DNA of 64,000 nt from Candidatus Buchananbacteria bacterium (lineage in GTDB: Bacteria > Patescibacteriota > Patescibacteriia > 2-01-FULL-39-33). The stretch covers positions 6,393 through 70,392 of the forward strand of contig CAISTG010000004.1 in NCBI GenBank assembly GCA_903888345.1, given 5' to 3'. The notes under the pieces were generated by a model that was given only the letters and a program-made list of their open reading frames with translations, made no database searches and had not been told where the DNA came from. Positions 20,222-29,764 of the stretch are shown here, piece by piece. The position numbers were made by a program, and so were the translations under genes. Positions within the stretch are counted from its first letter, which is position 1. Every line of letters starts with the position of its first letter.

Positions 20222-20740
20222 ATGAAACTAAAATATTTTAACTTATCTATTGTATTGATGCTGTTATTTCTTGTTGTGGGTGTTTTTTCATTTATTAATA
20301 TTGCTACTGTTCAAGCAGAAACTTTAGAACAATGTTTTGATCGTTGTGTTAAAGAAAAAGGTGAGGCGACGCAAGCCGTAAATACTGCCGCGGAAGTAAA
20401 ATATCAAACCTGTATCACTGGTTGTCGAAATCCCGTGGTTGCCCCCGCTGCTTCTCAAGGTTATACTGCAGCACTAGTTGATCCTCTGGGCCTGAATAAA
20501 GCACAACCGATTGCTGATTTGGCGAAGCGTTTGATTATGACTACTCTGGGGTTAGTTGGTGTTCTGGCATTACTCGCGTTTATTTATGGCGGCGTCCTAT
20601 ATATGCTCGTTGGCGTTAAGGCTGACAATGTTAAGAAAGGTAAAGAAGTTATGAAGTGGGCAGTGGCTGGATTATTTTTAATTTTTTCCGCTTATGCTAT
20701 TTTGAATTTCTTGTTTACTACCGTGCTGGGCGTTAAATAA
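20222..20740 (+). CDS. VirB2/TrbC-like pilin with 4-Cys N-terminal domain
   Basis: 'FIYGGVLYM...VKKGKEVMKWAVAGLFLIFSAYAILNF'. Confidence 0.8.
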   Translation: MKLKYFNLSIVLMLLFLVVGVFSFINIATVQAETLEQCFDRCVKEKGEATQAVNTAAEVKYQTCITGCRNPVVAPAASQGYTAALVDPLGLNKAQPIADLAKRLIMTTLGLVGVLALLAFIYGGVLYMLVGVKADNVKKGKEVMKWAVAGLFLIFSAYAILNFLFTTVLGVK

Positions 20741-20773
20741 TATCGGTCGCTATAATTTTATCAATTGCGCTTT

Positions 20774-21721
20774 ATGGAGAAAATTAAATTAAATATTTTA
20801 TTGGGTCTAATAGTCACTTGCGGCTTGTTGGCTATTGGGGGCGAGGTTAAAGCGGCTTGTATGTGTACTGAGGCGGGAGGGGTTTGTATGCATCATCCTT
20901 ACGTAGCGGCGCAATGTAATAGTTGTTTAAAAGCTAATGCCGCGAATTGCGCAGGTGAAATAGCGCCTGCATGTGACGAAGATAGTGGATTATGCCCTGG
21001 TTCCTTTCCGGCAGCGCAACAATGTCCTACTGTTTGTGACTACCCTGGAGGCAGCGTGCCTGACGGAACTGGTAAAGTTATAATTTGTCAGCCCACTGCC
21101 GCCTGTAAACCCACCGGAGTTGGGGTTCCAAAAACTCCGGCTAAACCAGCAACAACAAAGCCAGCAGCTAATAATTGTGATGTTTGTTATGATACTTATG
21201 GTGCTTGTATGCAGGATTCAAATAGTGCTGAATGCTTGTCTTGCGAGGCTGGTTGTTCTGCTGCAGCTACTACGGCTAATAGTTGCGATGTTTGTTATGG
21301 TGCCGGGGGAGTTTGTCAGACGGATTCTGATAGCGCTGAATGTGCGGCTTGTGCCAGTGGTTGTTCTGCGGGTGCGTCAGCGGGTGTCACACCAAGCGCT
21401 TCGACTCAGGGCAACATTGCTAACCCTAATGCTAATTCCGGTAGCGGTGTCGCCATCACCGATCCTTTAAATATAAATTCCAAAACACCGATTGCTGATC
21501 TAGCCAAAAAATTGATCAACATCATTCTTGGCTTGACTGGCGTCATAGCTTTGTTATCATTCATTTATGGTGGTGTTTTGTATATGCTCTCAGGTGTTAG
21601 TCCTGATAATGTCAAAAAAGGCAAAGAGGTTATGAAGTGGGCGGTTGCCGGTTTATTTATTATTTTTTCCAGTTATGCAATATTAAATTTCTTATTGACG
21701 ACGGTGCTGGGAGTAAAATAA
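20774..21721 (+). CDS. VirB2/TrbC-like pilin with large Cys-rich repeat N-terminal domain
   Basis: C-terminal pilin domain closely similar to the previous gene; duplicated 6-Cys module. Confidence 0.8.
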   Translation: MEKIKLNILLGLIVTCGLLAIGGEVKAACMCTEAGGVCMHHPYVAAQCNSCLKANAANCAGEIAPACDEDSGLCPGSFPAAQQCPTVCDYPGGSVPDGTGKVIICQPTAACKPTGVGVPKTPAKPATTKPAANNCDVCYDTYGACMQDSNSAECLSCEAGCSAAATTANSCDVCYGAGGVCQTDSDSAECAACASGCSAGASAGVTPSASTQGNIANPNANSGSGVAITDPLNINSKTPIADLAKKLINIILGLTGVIALLSFIYGGVLYMLSGVSPDNVKKGKEVMKWAVAGLFIIFSSYAILNFLLTTVLGVK

Positions 21722-21803
21722 GTTTATTAATAAAAAATATTGTTGCTAATATAACAATATCCAAATCTCCTCTTGTAGGGGAACCAGGAAAGGGGGTGAC
21801 AAC

Positions 21804-22193
21804 ATGAAAAAAACAACTAAATACGCTTGCGCTAGTTTATTAACTTTGGGAACTGTAGCTTTAGTCGGTACTCCAGCTTTGGCGGCCGTCATCAGCGGTG
21901 TCCCAACTTTATCATCGATTAATTCTGCCAATGGTAGTGCCGTTTTCGGCTCTGCTACTTTGAGCGAAATTATTTCCGGTGTTATCAGCGTTATTCTAGC
22001 TTTCTTAGGCGTTATCACTGTCTTAATCATCCTGTGGGGAGGTTTCATTTGGATGACTGCTGGTGGCGAACCGGACAAGGTAGAAAAAGCCAAAAAAATG
22101 ATTTATTCCGGTATTATCGGCTTAATTATCATTTTTGCCGCCTACGCTATCGCTAATTTCGTAATGAGTGCTATCCAGGGAGTAACTAAATAG
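21804..22193 (+). CDS. VirB2/TrbC-like pilin (probable major subunit)
   Basis: 'GGFIWMTAGGEPDKVEKAKKMI..GIIGLIIIFAAYAIANFV'; strong SD GGGGGTGA. Confidence 0.85.
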   Translation: MKKTTKYACASLLTLGTVALVGTPALAAVISGVPTLSSINSANGSAVFGSATLSEIISGVISVILAFLGVITVLIILWGGFIWMTAGGEPDKVEKAKKMIYSGIIGLIIIFAAYAIANFVMSAIQGVTK

Positions 22194-22263
22194 TTATTTT
22201 ATTTCTTCTCTCGGGGATTGATCATGGTGTTCAATCCCCGGTTCGAGAAGAGCAATCAATATT

Positions 22264-22698
22264 ATGTCCATGAATAAAAAATACTTATCGTTAGTCATTG
22301 TTTCTTTGATTTTTTGTCCGTTGGCTGTTTCGGCTACCGGTGTGCTTACCGGCTTAAATAATACTGCCGCGGGAACTGGCTTGGATGCCAATAAAGACTT
22401 AATTACTTTTGTCGGAAAAATCATCGGTGTTATTTTGGGTCTCTTAGGCGCGGTGCTAGTTGTTATTCTGATTTATGCTGGAATTATGTGGGGTTTCTTA
22501 GCGCGTGGTGATAATACTCAAATTAAAAAAGCTAAAGAAATGATTATTAATGCAGTGATCGGACTGGCGATTGTCTTAGCCGCTTATGCGATTACCACTT
22601 TCGTGTTTACTAGTCTCAACAACGCTTTAGTTAATAATGTTAAGACGGCTAATCCGAACGTTAACTCGAATAATCCGGGTCAGTATTCGGCACAATAA
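22264..22698 (+). CDS. VirB2/TrbC-like pilin
   Basis: 'IYAGIMW...IKKAKEMIINAVIGLAIVLAAYAITTFV'. Confidence 0.82.
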   Translation: MSMNKKYLSLVIVSLIFCPLAVSATGVLTGLNNTAAGTGLDANKDLITFVGKIIGVILGLLGAVLVVILIYAGIMWGFLARGDNTQIKKAKEMIINAVIGLAIVLAAYAITTFVFTSLNNALVNNVKTANPNVNSNNPGQYSAQ

Positions 22699-22740
22699 TT
22701 TAAAAATTAATTTATATTAAATAAAATAACAAATAAAATT

Positions 22741-23169
22741 ATGAACAGATCAATTGCCAAACTTGGCAAACAAGCAGCCGCCCTCGCGGCAACAATCGGT
22801 GCCTGCGCACTGCCGATGATGGCAGCGGCAGAAATTAAGTATTCCACTAACCTTAATAGTTTGGCTGGAGCTGCTGGCATTAGTACTGGTGGTAACAACA
22901 GTTTAGTACAGATTATCGGCGCGTTAATTGGTACCGTTTTGGTGCTACTCGGCGTGTTGTTGGTGGTGTTTATCTTATGGGCTGGTTTCATTTGGATGAC
23001 CTCTCAAGGTGAAGCAGGAAAGACCAAGAAAGCTAAGGATATGATTTATCAATCAATCATTGGTTTACTGATTATTTTTGCTGCTTATGCTATTACCAAT
23101 TTCGTTTTCTCGGCTTTGACTCATGTAGTTAATACCGGTTCAGCTTATACTGGTACGGGACAACAATAA
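22741..23169 (+). CDS. VirB2/TrbC-like pilin
   Basis: 'WAGFIWMTSQGEAGKTKKAKDMIYQSIIGLLIIFAAYAITNFV'. Confidence 0.85.
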   Translation: MNRSIAKLGKQAAALAATIGACALPMMAAAEIKYSTNLNSLAGAAGISTGGNNSLVQIIGALIGTVLVLLGVLLVVFILWAGFIWMTSQGEAGKTKKAKDMIYQSIIGLLIIFAAYAITNFVFSALTHVVNTGSAYTGTGQQ

Positions 23170-23224
23170 ACTTCCTAAAAATTAAAAGACGTCAGCGGCA
23201 AGCTGGCGTCTTTTTTTGAGTAAA

Positions 23225-24292
23225 TTATTTTTCTAATTCTTTTTTGAAGAAGTTCACCCAAGGAATTTTGGCAGGATTAACTTGGTTGAGCATGGCTAAA
23301 TAAAAACTGAGCCAGCCGCCATAAGCTAAGACTTCTAGGGTCTGAGTGAGGCTATCAGTGGCGGCGGTTTTGATCAAGTAGCTCTTAATGCCTTGGCGGT
23401 CTAAGACTTTTTTGGTGGCAGCAAAACGTTTGATAATTCTCGGGTCGTAAGTAGCGGCAACAAGAAAAATAAAGCAGGTATCTCGGGTAATTTTTTTGGG
23501 GTTAGCAAGAGCTTCAAGAAAATGATGATTAAGCTCCGGGATTTTATAAGGGCTCGCCAATTGTTTAGCACTCTCATTGATTTGGTTGGCTAAAATATGG
23601 GCGTTAGCTGATAGATTTTCTGCACCTAAAAGATAAATATTTTGACCATAAACTTCTTGAGCGAGTAATTTAGAAAAATTATGTTTAGTTGGTATGGTTG
23701 GCAATAATTCATAACCGAGATTGACCAGGGTCGTCGCTGTAGTTAGGAGTTGTTTCTCGGTGAGCTTAATAAATTTTAGTTGGCTAAAAATATAGAGAAC
23801 AGTACCGAGTTGTGAGCCAACATCATAACGTGGTTGGCCAGAAGGATTAAGACTGGGGTTTAATTTAAAGAAAATCGATTTTGATTTTTTGGCGAGTCGT
23901 TCTAATTGGCCGCCACCAGAGATAACAATAATTTTAGCCTTTAGTTTGTTGGCCTGGGTTAAACACGATAACATTTCTTCGGTGTTACCAGAGTAACTGT
24001 CAACAATCACTAAACTGTCCTGGCCAACAAAAGCTGGCAGATTATAATTACGCACCAGTACGAAGGGCACCTTAAGCTGAGAACCAAAAGCACGCTTGAT
24101 TAATTCGGAGGCGAGATTGGAGCCACCCATACCGCAAAAAACGATATTTTTGGCTTTAGCCAAAGTTGGCGGTAATTTGATTTTCTTGCTTTCATTGTAA
24201 GAATTAATCAATTGTTTCGGCAGATTAGCAATCGAGGCGGCGACATTATTCTGATCTAATTTTTTGATGGCAGCTTGATTATCGAGATTCAT
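23225..24292 (-). CDS. Bifunctional phosphoglucose/phosphomannose isomerase (SIS domains)
   Basis: 'GMGGS', 'SYSGNTEE', 'QPR', 'QINESAK', 'PELNHH'. Confidence 0.9.
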   Translation of the reverse strand: MNLDNQAAIKKLDQNNVAASIANLPKQLINSYNESKKIKLPPTLAKAKNIVFCGMGGSNLASELIKRAFGSQLKVPFVLVRNYNLPAFVGQDSLVIVDSYSGNTEEMLSCLTQANKLKAKIIVISGGGQLERLAKKSKSIFFKLNPSLNPSGQPRYDVGSQLGTVLYIFSQLKFIKLTEKQLLTTATTLVNLGYELLPTIPTKHNFSKLLAQEVYGQNIYLLGAENLSANAHILANQINESAKQLASPYKIPELNHHFLEALANPKKITRDTCFIFLVAATYDPRIIKRFAATKKVLDRQGIKSYLIKTAATDSLTQTLEVLAYGGWLSFYLAMLNQVNPAKIPWVNFFKKELEK

Positions 24293-24356
24293 ATATATAA
24301 TTAAGTAGTTATGTTTTTTTTGTTCCCAGTACCCGTCCCCGCCTTGCGACCATTAG

Positions 24357-24414
24357 AATCCGCCGCGGCGGATTGTGCCAATTGACCTAGATTCCGGGTC
24401 AAGCCCGGAATGAC
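24357..24414. repeat. AATCCGCCGCGGCGGATT palindrome plus TAGATTCCGGG-TCAAG-CCCGGAATGAC REP-like half element
   Basis: Same 16-bp palindrome at 409 and 43455; similar ...GGAATGAC hairpins at 16281-16306 and 43443-43481. Confidence 0.8.
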
Positions 24415-24493
24415 GGATAGAGAAAATACGGATTACTATCATAATCTTATTATAGCAGACAAAGGCTTGACTTAAAAGCGTATTTTAGATAAG

Positions 24494-25459
24494 ATGAAAG
24501 ACTTGATTATGAATAATACTTTTACCGAAATTGACCAATTATTGTTGCGCTCGCAGCGGATTCTGCTGATCGGCCATCAACGCCCTGACGAAGACACGCT
24601 CGGGTCGGTTTTAAGTTTCTATATTTATTTGAAATTACTGGGTAAAGAAGTCAAAATGTATTTCAATGACCCAGCCCCGTCCTATCTGTTCTTTATGCCG
24701 GAAATCGATCAAATTTCTACGGACCAGCAGTTGTTTGCTGAGCGCTATGATTTGTATGTATTCTTGGATTGTGGCTCAATTAGCAATACGCGTTTAAGTG
24801 AAGTTGTAATCCAGGGTCAGACGGTTTTAAATATTGACCATCATGCCTCTAATACTAATTATGGGACTGTTAATTATGTTAACACTAAGGCGAGCTCGAC
24901 TTGCGAGATTGTTTATAATTTTTTTATGGCCATTGGATTTAAAGTGGACAAAAAAATTGCTACCTGTTTGTTAGCGGGAATATTGGGCGACACCTCTGGC
25001 TTTATCCATTCTACTACCCAAGCCGAAACGATTAAGATTGCATCCGAATTGATAAAAACTGGCATCAAGATTCATCAAATCTTTAATTTCGTTGTCCGCA
25101 ACAAAACCATTGACGGTTTGCGGTTGTGGGGAGAAATCTTGTCGCGCTTACGGGTCAATACGGAACTAAATATTGCCTATTCTTGGATTAAGGATACTGA
25201 CTTTGCTGATTTTCGTGTCCAAGAGGATGAACTTGATGGCATTGCTAACTTTTTAAATGCGATTGTTGACGTCAATGCGACGGCTTTATTCCGAATCAGT
25301 GACCAGCGGATTAAGGCTAGCTGGCGTACTAAGCGCGATGATATCGACTTGTCAAAATTTTGCGGTCTCTTTGGTGGCGGGGGACACAAAAAGGCCTCCG
25401 GTTTCACTTTGGACTTAAAAGTAGTCGAACAAGATGGTGGTCTCGCTGTCGCCGGTTGA
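24494..25459 (+). CDS. DHH/DHHA1 phosphoesterase (NrnA-like nanoRNase/pAp phosphatase)
   Basis: 'HQRPDEDTLGS', 'FLDC', 'NIDHH', 'GDT', 'GGGGHKKASG'. Confidence 0.92.
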   Translation: MKDLIMNNTFTEIDQLLLRSQRILLIGHQRPDEDTLGSVLSFYIYLKLLGKEVKMYFNDPAPSYLFFMPEIDQISTDQQLFAERYDLYVFLDCGSISNTRLSEVVIQGQTVLNIDHHASNTNYGTVNYVNTKASSTCEIVYNFFMAIGFKVDKKIATCLLAGILGDTSGFIHSTTQAETIKIASELIKTGIKIHQIFNFVVRNKTIDGLRLWGEILSRLRVNTELNIAYSWIKDTDFADFRVQEDELDGIANFLNAIVDVNATALFRISDQRIKASWRTKRDDIDLSKFCGLFGGGGHKKASGFTLDLKVVEQDGGLAVAG

Positions 25460-25491
25460 TAATTCCGCTCCAAGTGCTAGAATAAAGGCAT

Positions 25492-27360
25492 ATGGAAAAG
25501 ATTTTGGCTAAATTAGTTAGTCTCTCGGATTATTATCTCGAGATTTATCATCGGCGAGTTGTTCAGCCGCTCAGTTGTTTTAATTCATGGCAAAATTGGC
25601 TCTCCTTTTCTGCTATATTATTTTTCGTAATTTGGGTCAATATCTGCTTAGTTATTATGGCGGTGTTTTCACGTAATTGGTTCCTCGAATTATTTAAATG
25701 GAGCCAATTTTTTTGTTTGGTCTTGTTGGTTTACTTGCTGCTGAGCCTCATTAATAGAAAGCTGTCGTTGTTGGTGGTTGGTATTGTCATCTTTTTTTAT
25801 GGATTACTGATAACCTACTTTGCTCGGACTTATACGCATCTGACCTATGTGTTTATTACCCGCAATGTTGCGGACATTGAGAGCGTAAAAAGTTATCTGG
25901 CCTGGCCTTTGGTGCTAGTAGTGTTAGCTAGCTTCAGCGCCGTGTTAGCGCTGCATAAATTTAGTCGGCCCTTATGGCGCCAAAAAACCGCGCGTTGGTT
26001 TATTATACTGCTGGCGGCCTCGGGATTTTTCTTGCCGTTTGATTGGCGCAATGAACTGGTGGTGTTCGCGCAAACCGCCTATAATCATAGTCCGATTGTT
26101 GAACAGTATCAAACTTTTTATCAACAATTATTAAAAACCTCGGCTCAGAACAAGGCCGCTAATTTAAGCGAGTGGCAGAAAATTGCCACCCAACCAGTTC
26201 CGAGCTATTTAGACAATATTATATTTTTACATTTAGAAAGTTTTAACGGTCAGTTAGTTTCTGCCAGTATTACTCCGAATTTTTATGATTTGGCAACGAG
26301 CAGCTATTACTTCCCACGGTTTTATGCTAATAATATCCAGACGATTTATGGTCAAGAAAATATTTTGTGTTCAATGCCTGGATCATTCTCGCCCATTCTA
26401 GTGGAGTCCGGCGAAGACAAAAATATTTTGTGTTTACCTCAGATGCTGCGAACCGCTGGTTACCGTACCTTTTTTGCTAAAGCGGGTGAACTAAGCTTTG
26501 CTCAGACGGGAAAATTCATGACTAATATTGGTTTTAGTGAAACTCATAGTGCCGACTTGATGCAGCCGGGTGATCCGAAGTATGTTATGGGCTATCGCGA
26601 GGATGTTTTTTATGCACGCGTCTTTGATTATTTACAAGCGCATCCAGCGCCGCGCAATTTAATCTATATCGCAGTTTCGGGAACCAGTCATTGGCCCTTC
26701 GAATTGCCCAAAGATATTACACCAGCTCAAACCGCCGGTTTACCATATTCGCAACCCAAGAATTTTGAAGAGCGTTTCAGTAATAATAGTTATTTGCAAG
26801 ATAGCTACTTAAAAATCGCGCTACAGCGAATTGACCAGTTATATCCGGCGCATAATTATACTTTACTAGTTGTCGGTGATCATAGTTGGCCGTTGGGACG
26901 GCATCCCAATAATGTTTTTATCGGTGCTGATTGTTATGAAGAAAACTTTACTACCGCTTTGGCGGTGCGAGTTGGTCAAGAGTCAATTTATCAACAGCGA
27001 GTCGCGAGCTCGCCTTATAGTCAAATGGATATCATCCCTAGCTTAGCGCAATTATTCGGCGTCAATTATGCTACCAGTACTTACGAGCGTTCATTTTTTG
27101 CAACGAGCACCGGAGCTGATAACAAAATCATTTCGGTGCAGCCGCTGGCTAATCAATGCCTCAATATTATTAAAGTTAAGGATAATCAGAAGTTGCGCTA
27201 TAATTTAATCAACAATCGGGCGGCTGTCTTTGACTTAAATCGTGATCCGCAAGAGCAATGGCCGCGCGAATTACCAAGTAACAGCTCAACTACCAGCGTA
27301 GAATTAGAAACCTTTCTCAATTTTACCGCAACAACCACAGTTGAAAAAATAACGAATTAA
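25492..27360 (+). CDS. LTA-synthase/sulfatase-like membrane protein
   Basis: N-terminal TM helices; 'NIIFLHLES', 'SHWPF', 'VVGDH', 'SQMDIIPS', 'FDLNRDPQE'. Confidence 0.82.
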   Translation: MEKILAKLVSLSDYYLEIYHRRVVQPLSCFNSWQNWLSFSAILFFVIWVNICLVIMAVFSRNWFLELFKWSQFFCLVLLVYLLLSLINRKLSLLVVGIVIFFYGLLITYFARTYTHLTYVFITRNVADIESVKSYLAWPLVLVVLASFSAVLALHKFSRPLWRQKTARWFIILLAASGFFLPFDWRNELVVFAQTAYNHSPIVEQYQTFYQQLLKTSAQNKAANLSEWQKIATQPVPSYLDNIIFLHLESFNGQLVSASITPNFYDLATSSYYFPRFYANNIQTIYGQENILCSMPGSFSPILVESGEDKNILCLPQMLRTAGYRTFFAKAGELSFAQTGKFMTNIGFSETHSADLMQPGDPKYVMGYREDVFYARVFDYLQAHPAPRNLIYIAVSGTSHWPFELPKDITPAQTAGLPYSQPKNFEERFSNNSYLQDSYLKIALQRIDQLYPAHNYTLLVVGDHSWPLGRHPNNVFIGADCYEENFTTALAVRVGQESIYQQRVASSPYSQMDIIPSLAQLFGVNYATSTYERSFFATSTGADNKIISVQPLANQCLNIIKVKDNQKLRYNLINNRAAVFDLNRDPQEQWPRELPSNSSTTSVELETFLNFTATTTVEKITN

Positions 27361-27398
27361 TGCTAGGATAGAAACGTTCTCAACTCCCAACTTTAAAC

Positions 27399-27459
27399 AC
27401 TTTCCACTTTTAACTTTCTAACTTCCCCCTTTAAACTTTCCACTTTTAACTTTCTAACT
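27399..27459 (+). repeat. 25-bp direct repeat built of heptamer-like units in the clpP leader
   Basis: ACTTTCCACTTTTAACTTTCTAACT at 27399-27423 and 27435-27459. Confidence 0.9.
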
Positions 27460-27469
27460 ACCCCCCCAT

Positions 27470-28045
27470 ATGTATCTAATTCCAACCGTCTTAGAAAAAA
27501 CCAGCCAGGGTGAGCGCGCTTATGATATTTATTCACGCCTGCTTAAAGATCGAATTATTTTTTTAGGTTCGCCAATTGATGATGCGGTCGCTAATACCGT
27601 GATCGCTCAGCTATTATTTTTGGATAATGATGATAGTAAGGCGGATATTAAAATTTATATCAATTCTCCGGGAGGTTCAGTTTCAGCGGGACTAGCAATT
27701 TACGACACCATGCAACATGTGAAAGCAAACGTTTCGACGATTTGTGTCGGTATGGCCGCTTCGATGGGCGCGGTAATTTTGGCTGGTGGCGCTAAGGGTA
27801 AACGGTTAGCATTGCCTAATGCCGAGATTATGATTCATCAAGTGATGGGCGGAGCCGAAGGCCAAGCCACCGATATCAAAATTCGCGCCGAACATATTTT
27901 AAAAATTAAAGCGAAGTTAGATAAGATTTTAACTAAGCATACTAATAAATCCTTAACGCAAATTGAGAAGGACACTGATCGTGATTATTATATGTCAGCA
28001 GAAGAAGCGGTTACGTACGGAATAATTGATAAAATAATTAAGTAA
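27470..28045 (+). CDS. clpP: ATP-dependent Clp protease proteolytic subunit
   Basis: '[18 protein letters not shown]', 'YINSPGGSV', 'AASMG', 'IMIHQ'. Confidence 0.98.
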   Translation: MYLIPTVLEKTSQGERAYDIYSRLLKDRIIFLGSPIDDAVANTVIAQLLFLDNDDSKADIKIYINSPGGSVSAGLAIYDTMQHVKANVSTICVGMAASMGAVILAGGAKGKRLALPNAEIMIHQVMGGAEGQATDIKIRAEHILKIKAKLDKILTKHTNKSLTQIEKDTDRDYYMSAEEAVTYGIIDKIIK

Positions 28046-28055
28046 AGCAAAATAG

Positions 28056-28085
28056 AAAAGCCTCTCGGGAAACCGGGAGGCTTTT
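28056..28085. terminator. Bidirectional intrinsic terminator between clpP and the convergent accessory operon
   Basis: AAAAGCCTCTCGG-GAAA-CCGGGAGGCTTTT. Confidence 0.88.
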
Positions 28086-28099
28086 TAAAGGTGCGAAAA

Positions 28100-28690
28100 T
28101 TAAAGGTGCTGCTCAATAATTGCTAACACAGCGGCAATTTTTTCATTCAAGTCGGAAATGCTAGTTATTACTTGTTGCTGGGGATGAACCGACCAAGCGG
28201 CTTTAATTTTATGTTCGATTGTTTGAGCTTCAACTAAAGACTCAAAACGCTCAGCATTATTGCCTCGGCCGTAAAGGTGCGGTGCGGTTACAGCCAATGA
28301 CTCCAGATGAATAACTGTCGTGTAGTTGGCGATAGCGTCCGCTTCATTAATATTATTACGGCGATAGAATTCAGCGGCGCCACCCGGAGTGTAGGCCGCT
28401 CCGTCTAAAATTCCGCGGTCGCAGACTAGCAAGGTTGCTCCTCGTTGCTCGGCCATCAATTGATACGAGTGTTCAAGGGAGGTTTGTAGGACAGTAACAG
28501 AGGCTTGAAAATCATGTTGCCAATCCTCACTCCAGGCTAGGTCACGACCCGGAACCGGGAAACCACCCGAGAGTAAAATTGTTGCTGCTTCTGGTACGAC
28601 TAATACTTGGCAGGGAAAATTCAGTTTAATAGCTTCTAGTGCGGAAGTCTTTCCGCCACAAGGGCCGCCGGTTAAAACGATTTTTTTCAT
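28100..28690 (-). CDS. P-loop ATPase/kinase (AAA_28, NadR/Ttd14-like)
   Basis: 'KIVLTGGPCGGKTS', 'VPEAAT', 'VCDRGILDG', 'R.ES..EA', 'AWSVHP'; SD AAGGAG. Confidence 0.85.
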   Translation of the reverse strand: MKKIVLTGGPCGGKTSALEAIKLNFPCQVLVVPEAATILLSGGFPVPGRDLAWSEDWQHDFQASVTVLQTSLEHSYQLMAEQRGATLLVCDRGILDGAAYTPGGAAEFYRRNNINEADAIANYTTVIHLESLAVTAPHLYGRGNNAERFESLVEAQTIEHKIKAAWSVHPQQQVITSISDLNEKIAAVLAIIEQHL

Positions 28691-28730
28691 GATCGTGCTC
28701 CTTTCGTTGGGATTTGAGTAAGAAGTTAAA

Positions 28731-28757
28731 GAGCAGTTTAGTGACTTGCTCAGGTCA
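28731..28757 (-). ncRNA. Compact H-type pseudoknot motif, copy 1
   Basis: UGAC-CU-GAGCA-A-GUCA-CUAAAC-UGCUC; covaries with the copy at 30372-30397. Confidence 0.6.
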
Positions 28758-28824
28758 GTTAGAATTAACTTAGGAGATCAAGGACTTTCTTCCAGTTCTT
28801 GCCCTTCAGTAGGCCAGTGCGCGA

Positions 28825-29454
28825 TTACCAATTGCCCGGGTATTTCTCTTTGCCCTCAGGCGTCGTCAGGTACTTCTCATCAATCACCTCCAGTATCTGC
28901 TTATCGACGTTAACTAGACCGATGCGATTGGTGCTGGTGCACAACACCTTAACCTCATCGCCGCCAACACCGCGGAAGCAGTCGAAGGCCGCCGATGCCG
29001 GGTGCTGGTGGTGATCAGTGTCCGTCACCACCGCCACCCTTTTGACACCAACCTTGATTGCCAGTAGTGCAATGATCGTGCCCAGCGGCATCTCCTCCTT
29101 AGCATACTTAACTTTGTTGGCCTGTGCCTGCCCGGATGGCGGAACCATCAAGTCAGTCAGGACGACGTCGAAGTTGGGGACGATTGTGAAGTCTTTGGTG
29201 GCCTGATTTTTGGCTAGCTGGTAAGCTGCCTTTTTGTTTGCCTCCTCTTCGGTAGCGCGCCAGGGATTGAAATCACCGAACAGCTCTTTCATCTTGGCGT
29301 CAATGGCGTCAAAGTCAGTCACCGGCAGTAGTGCTGCCTGCGCTTCGTCATAGGTGCCGACGACCGTCAAGTTGTGATCCTTGAGAGTAACTTCGGCAGC
29401 GGTACGATGAGCGGCACTGTCATCAAACACGAGGATGTTGAGTTTCGTTGTCAT
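28825..29454 (-). CDS. Receiver (REC)-like domain protein; probably truncated by an in-frame TAA (frame continues to 28765)
   Basis: 'ILVFDD', 'FDVVLTDLMVP', 'VAVVTD'; SD AAGGAAG. Confidence 0.7.
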   Translation of the reverse strand: MTTKLNILVFDDSAAHRTAAEVTLKDHNLTVVGTYDEAQAALLPVTDFDAIDAKMKELFGDFNPWRATEEEANKKAAYQLAKNQATKDFTIVPNFDVVLTDLMVPPSGQAQANKVKYAKEEMPLGTIIALLAIKVGVKRVAVVTDTDHHQHPASAAFDCFRGVGGDEVKVLCTSTNRIGLVNVDKQILEVIDEKYLTTPEGKEKYPGNW

Positions 29455-29513
29455 GATGTTCTTCCTTTTTGCTTCGGTGGTTGGTTGTTTCTCGTCGACA
29501 AGTTGGAATAATA

Positions 29514-29753
29514 CTAGATGCGGCGCGGGTCTTTCAAATCTCTGATTTCACTGGCATCAGGAACGTGCTTCTTTCGTTTCACTTCCAATTCTTTCATGCT
29601 ATTAACAGTTCTTTGAAAGTTTCGGGCCATTGTTTCCAAATCACCTAAGTGGGTCGACATCCACAAGTCATAATGCGCGCGACAAATGTCGCCGTTGCCT
29701 TGGCAAGTGCAATTGTCTTGTGCGATTCCATCCCAGGTATGCGATTTCGCCAT
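29514..29753 (-). CDS. Small hypothetical protein with CxC...C...H motif
   Basis: SD AAGGAG before ATG at 29753; 'NCTCQGNGDICRAH'. Confidence 0.6.
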   Translation of the reverse strand: MAKSHTWDGIAQDNCTCQGNGDICRAHYDLWMSTHLGDLETMARNFQRTVNSMKELEVKRKKHVPDASEIRDLKDPRRI

Positions 29754-29764
29754 GATGTTCTCCT

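Noticed and set aside
27399-27459. Possible CRISPR array
   Set aside because: Only two low-complexity repeats with an 11-nt gap, and no cas genes
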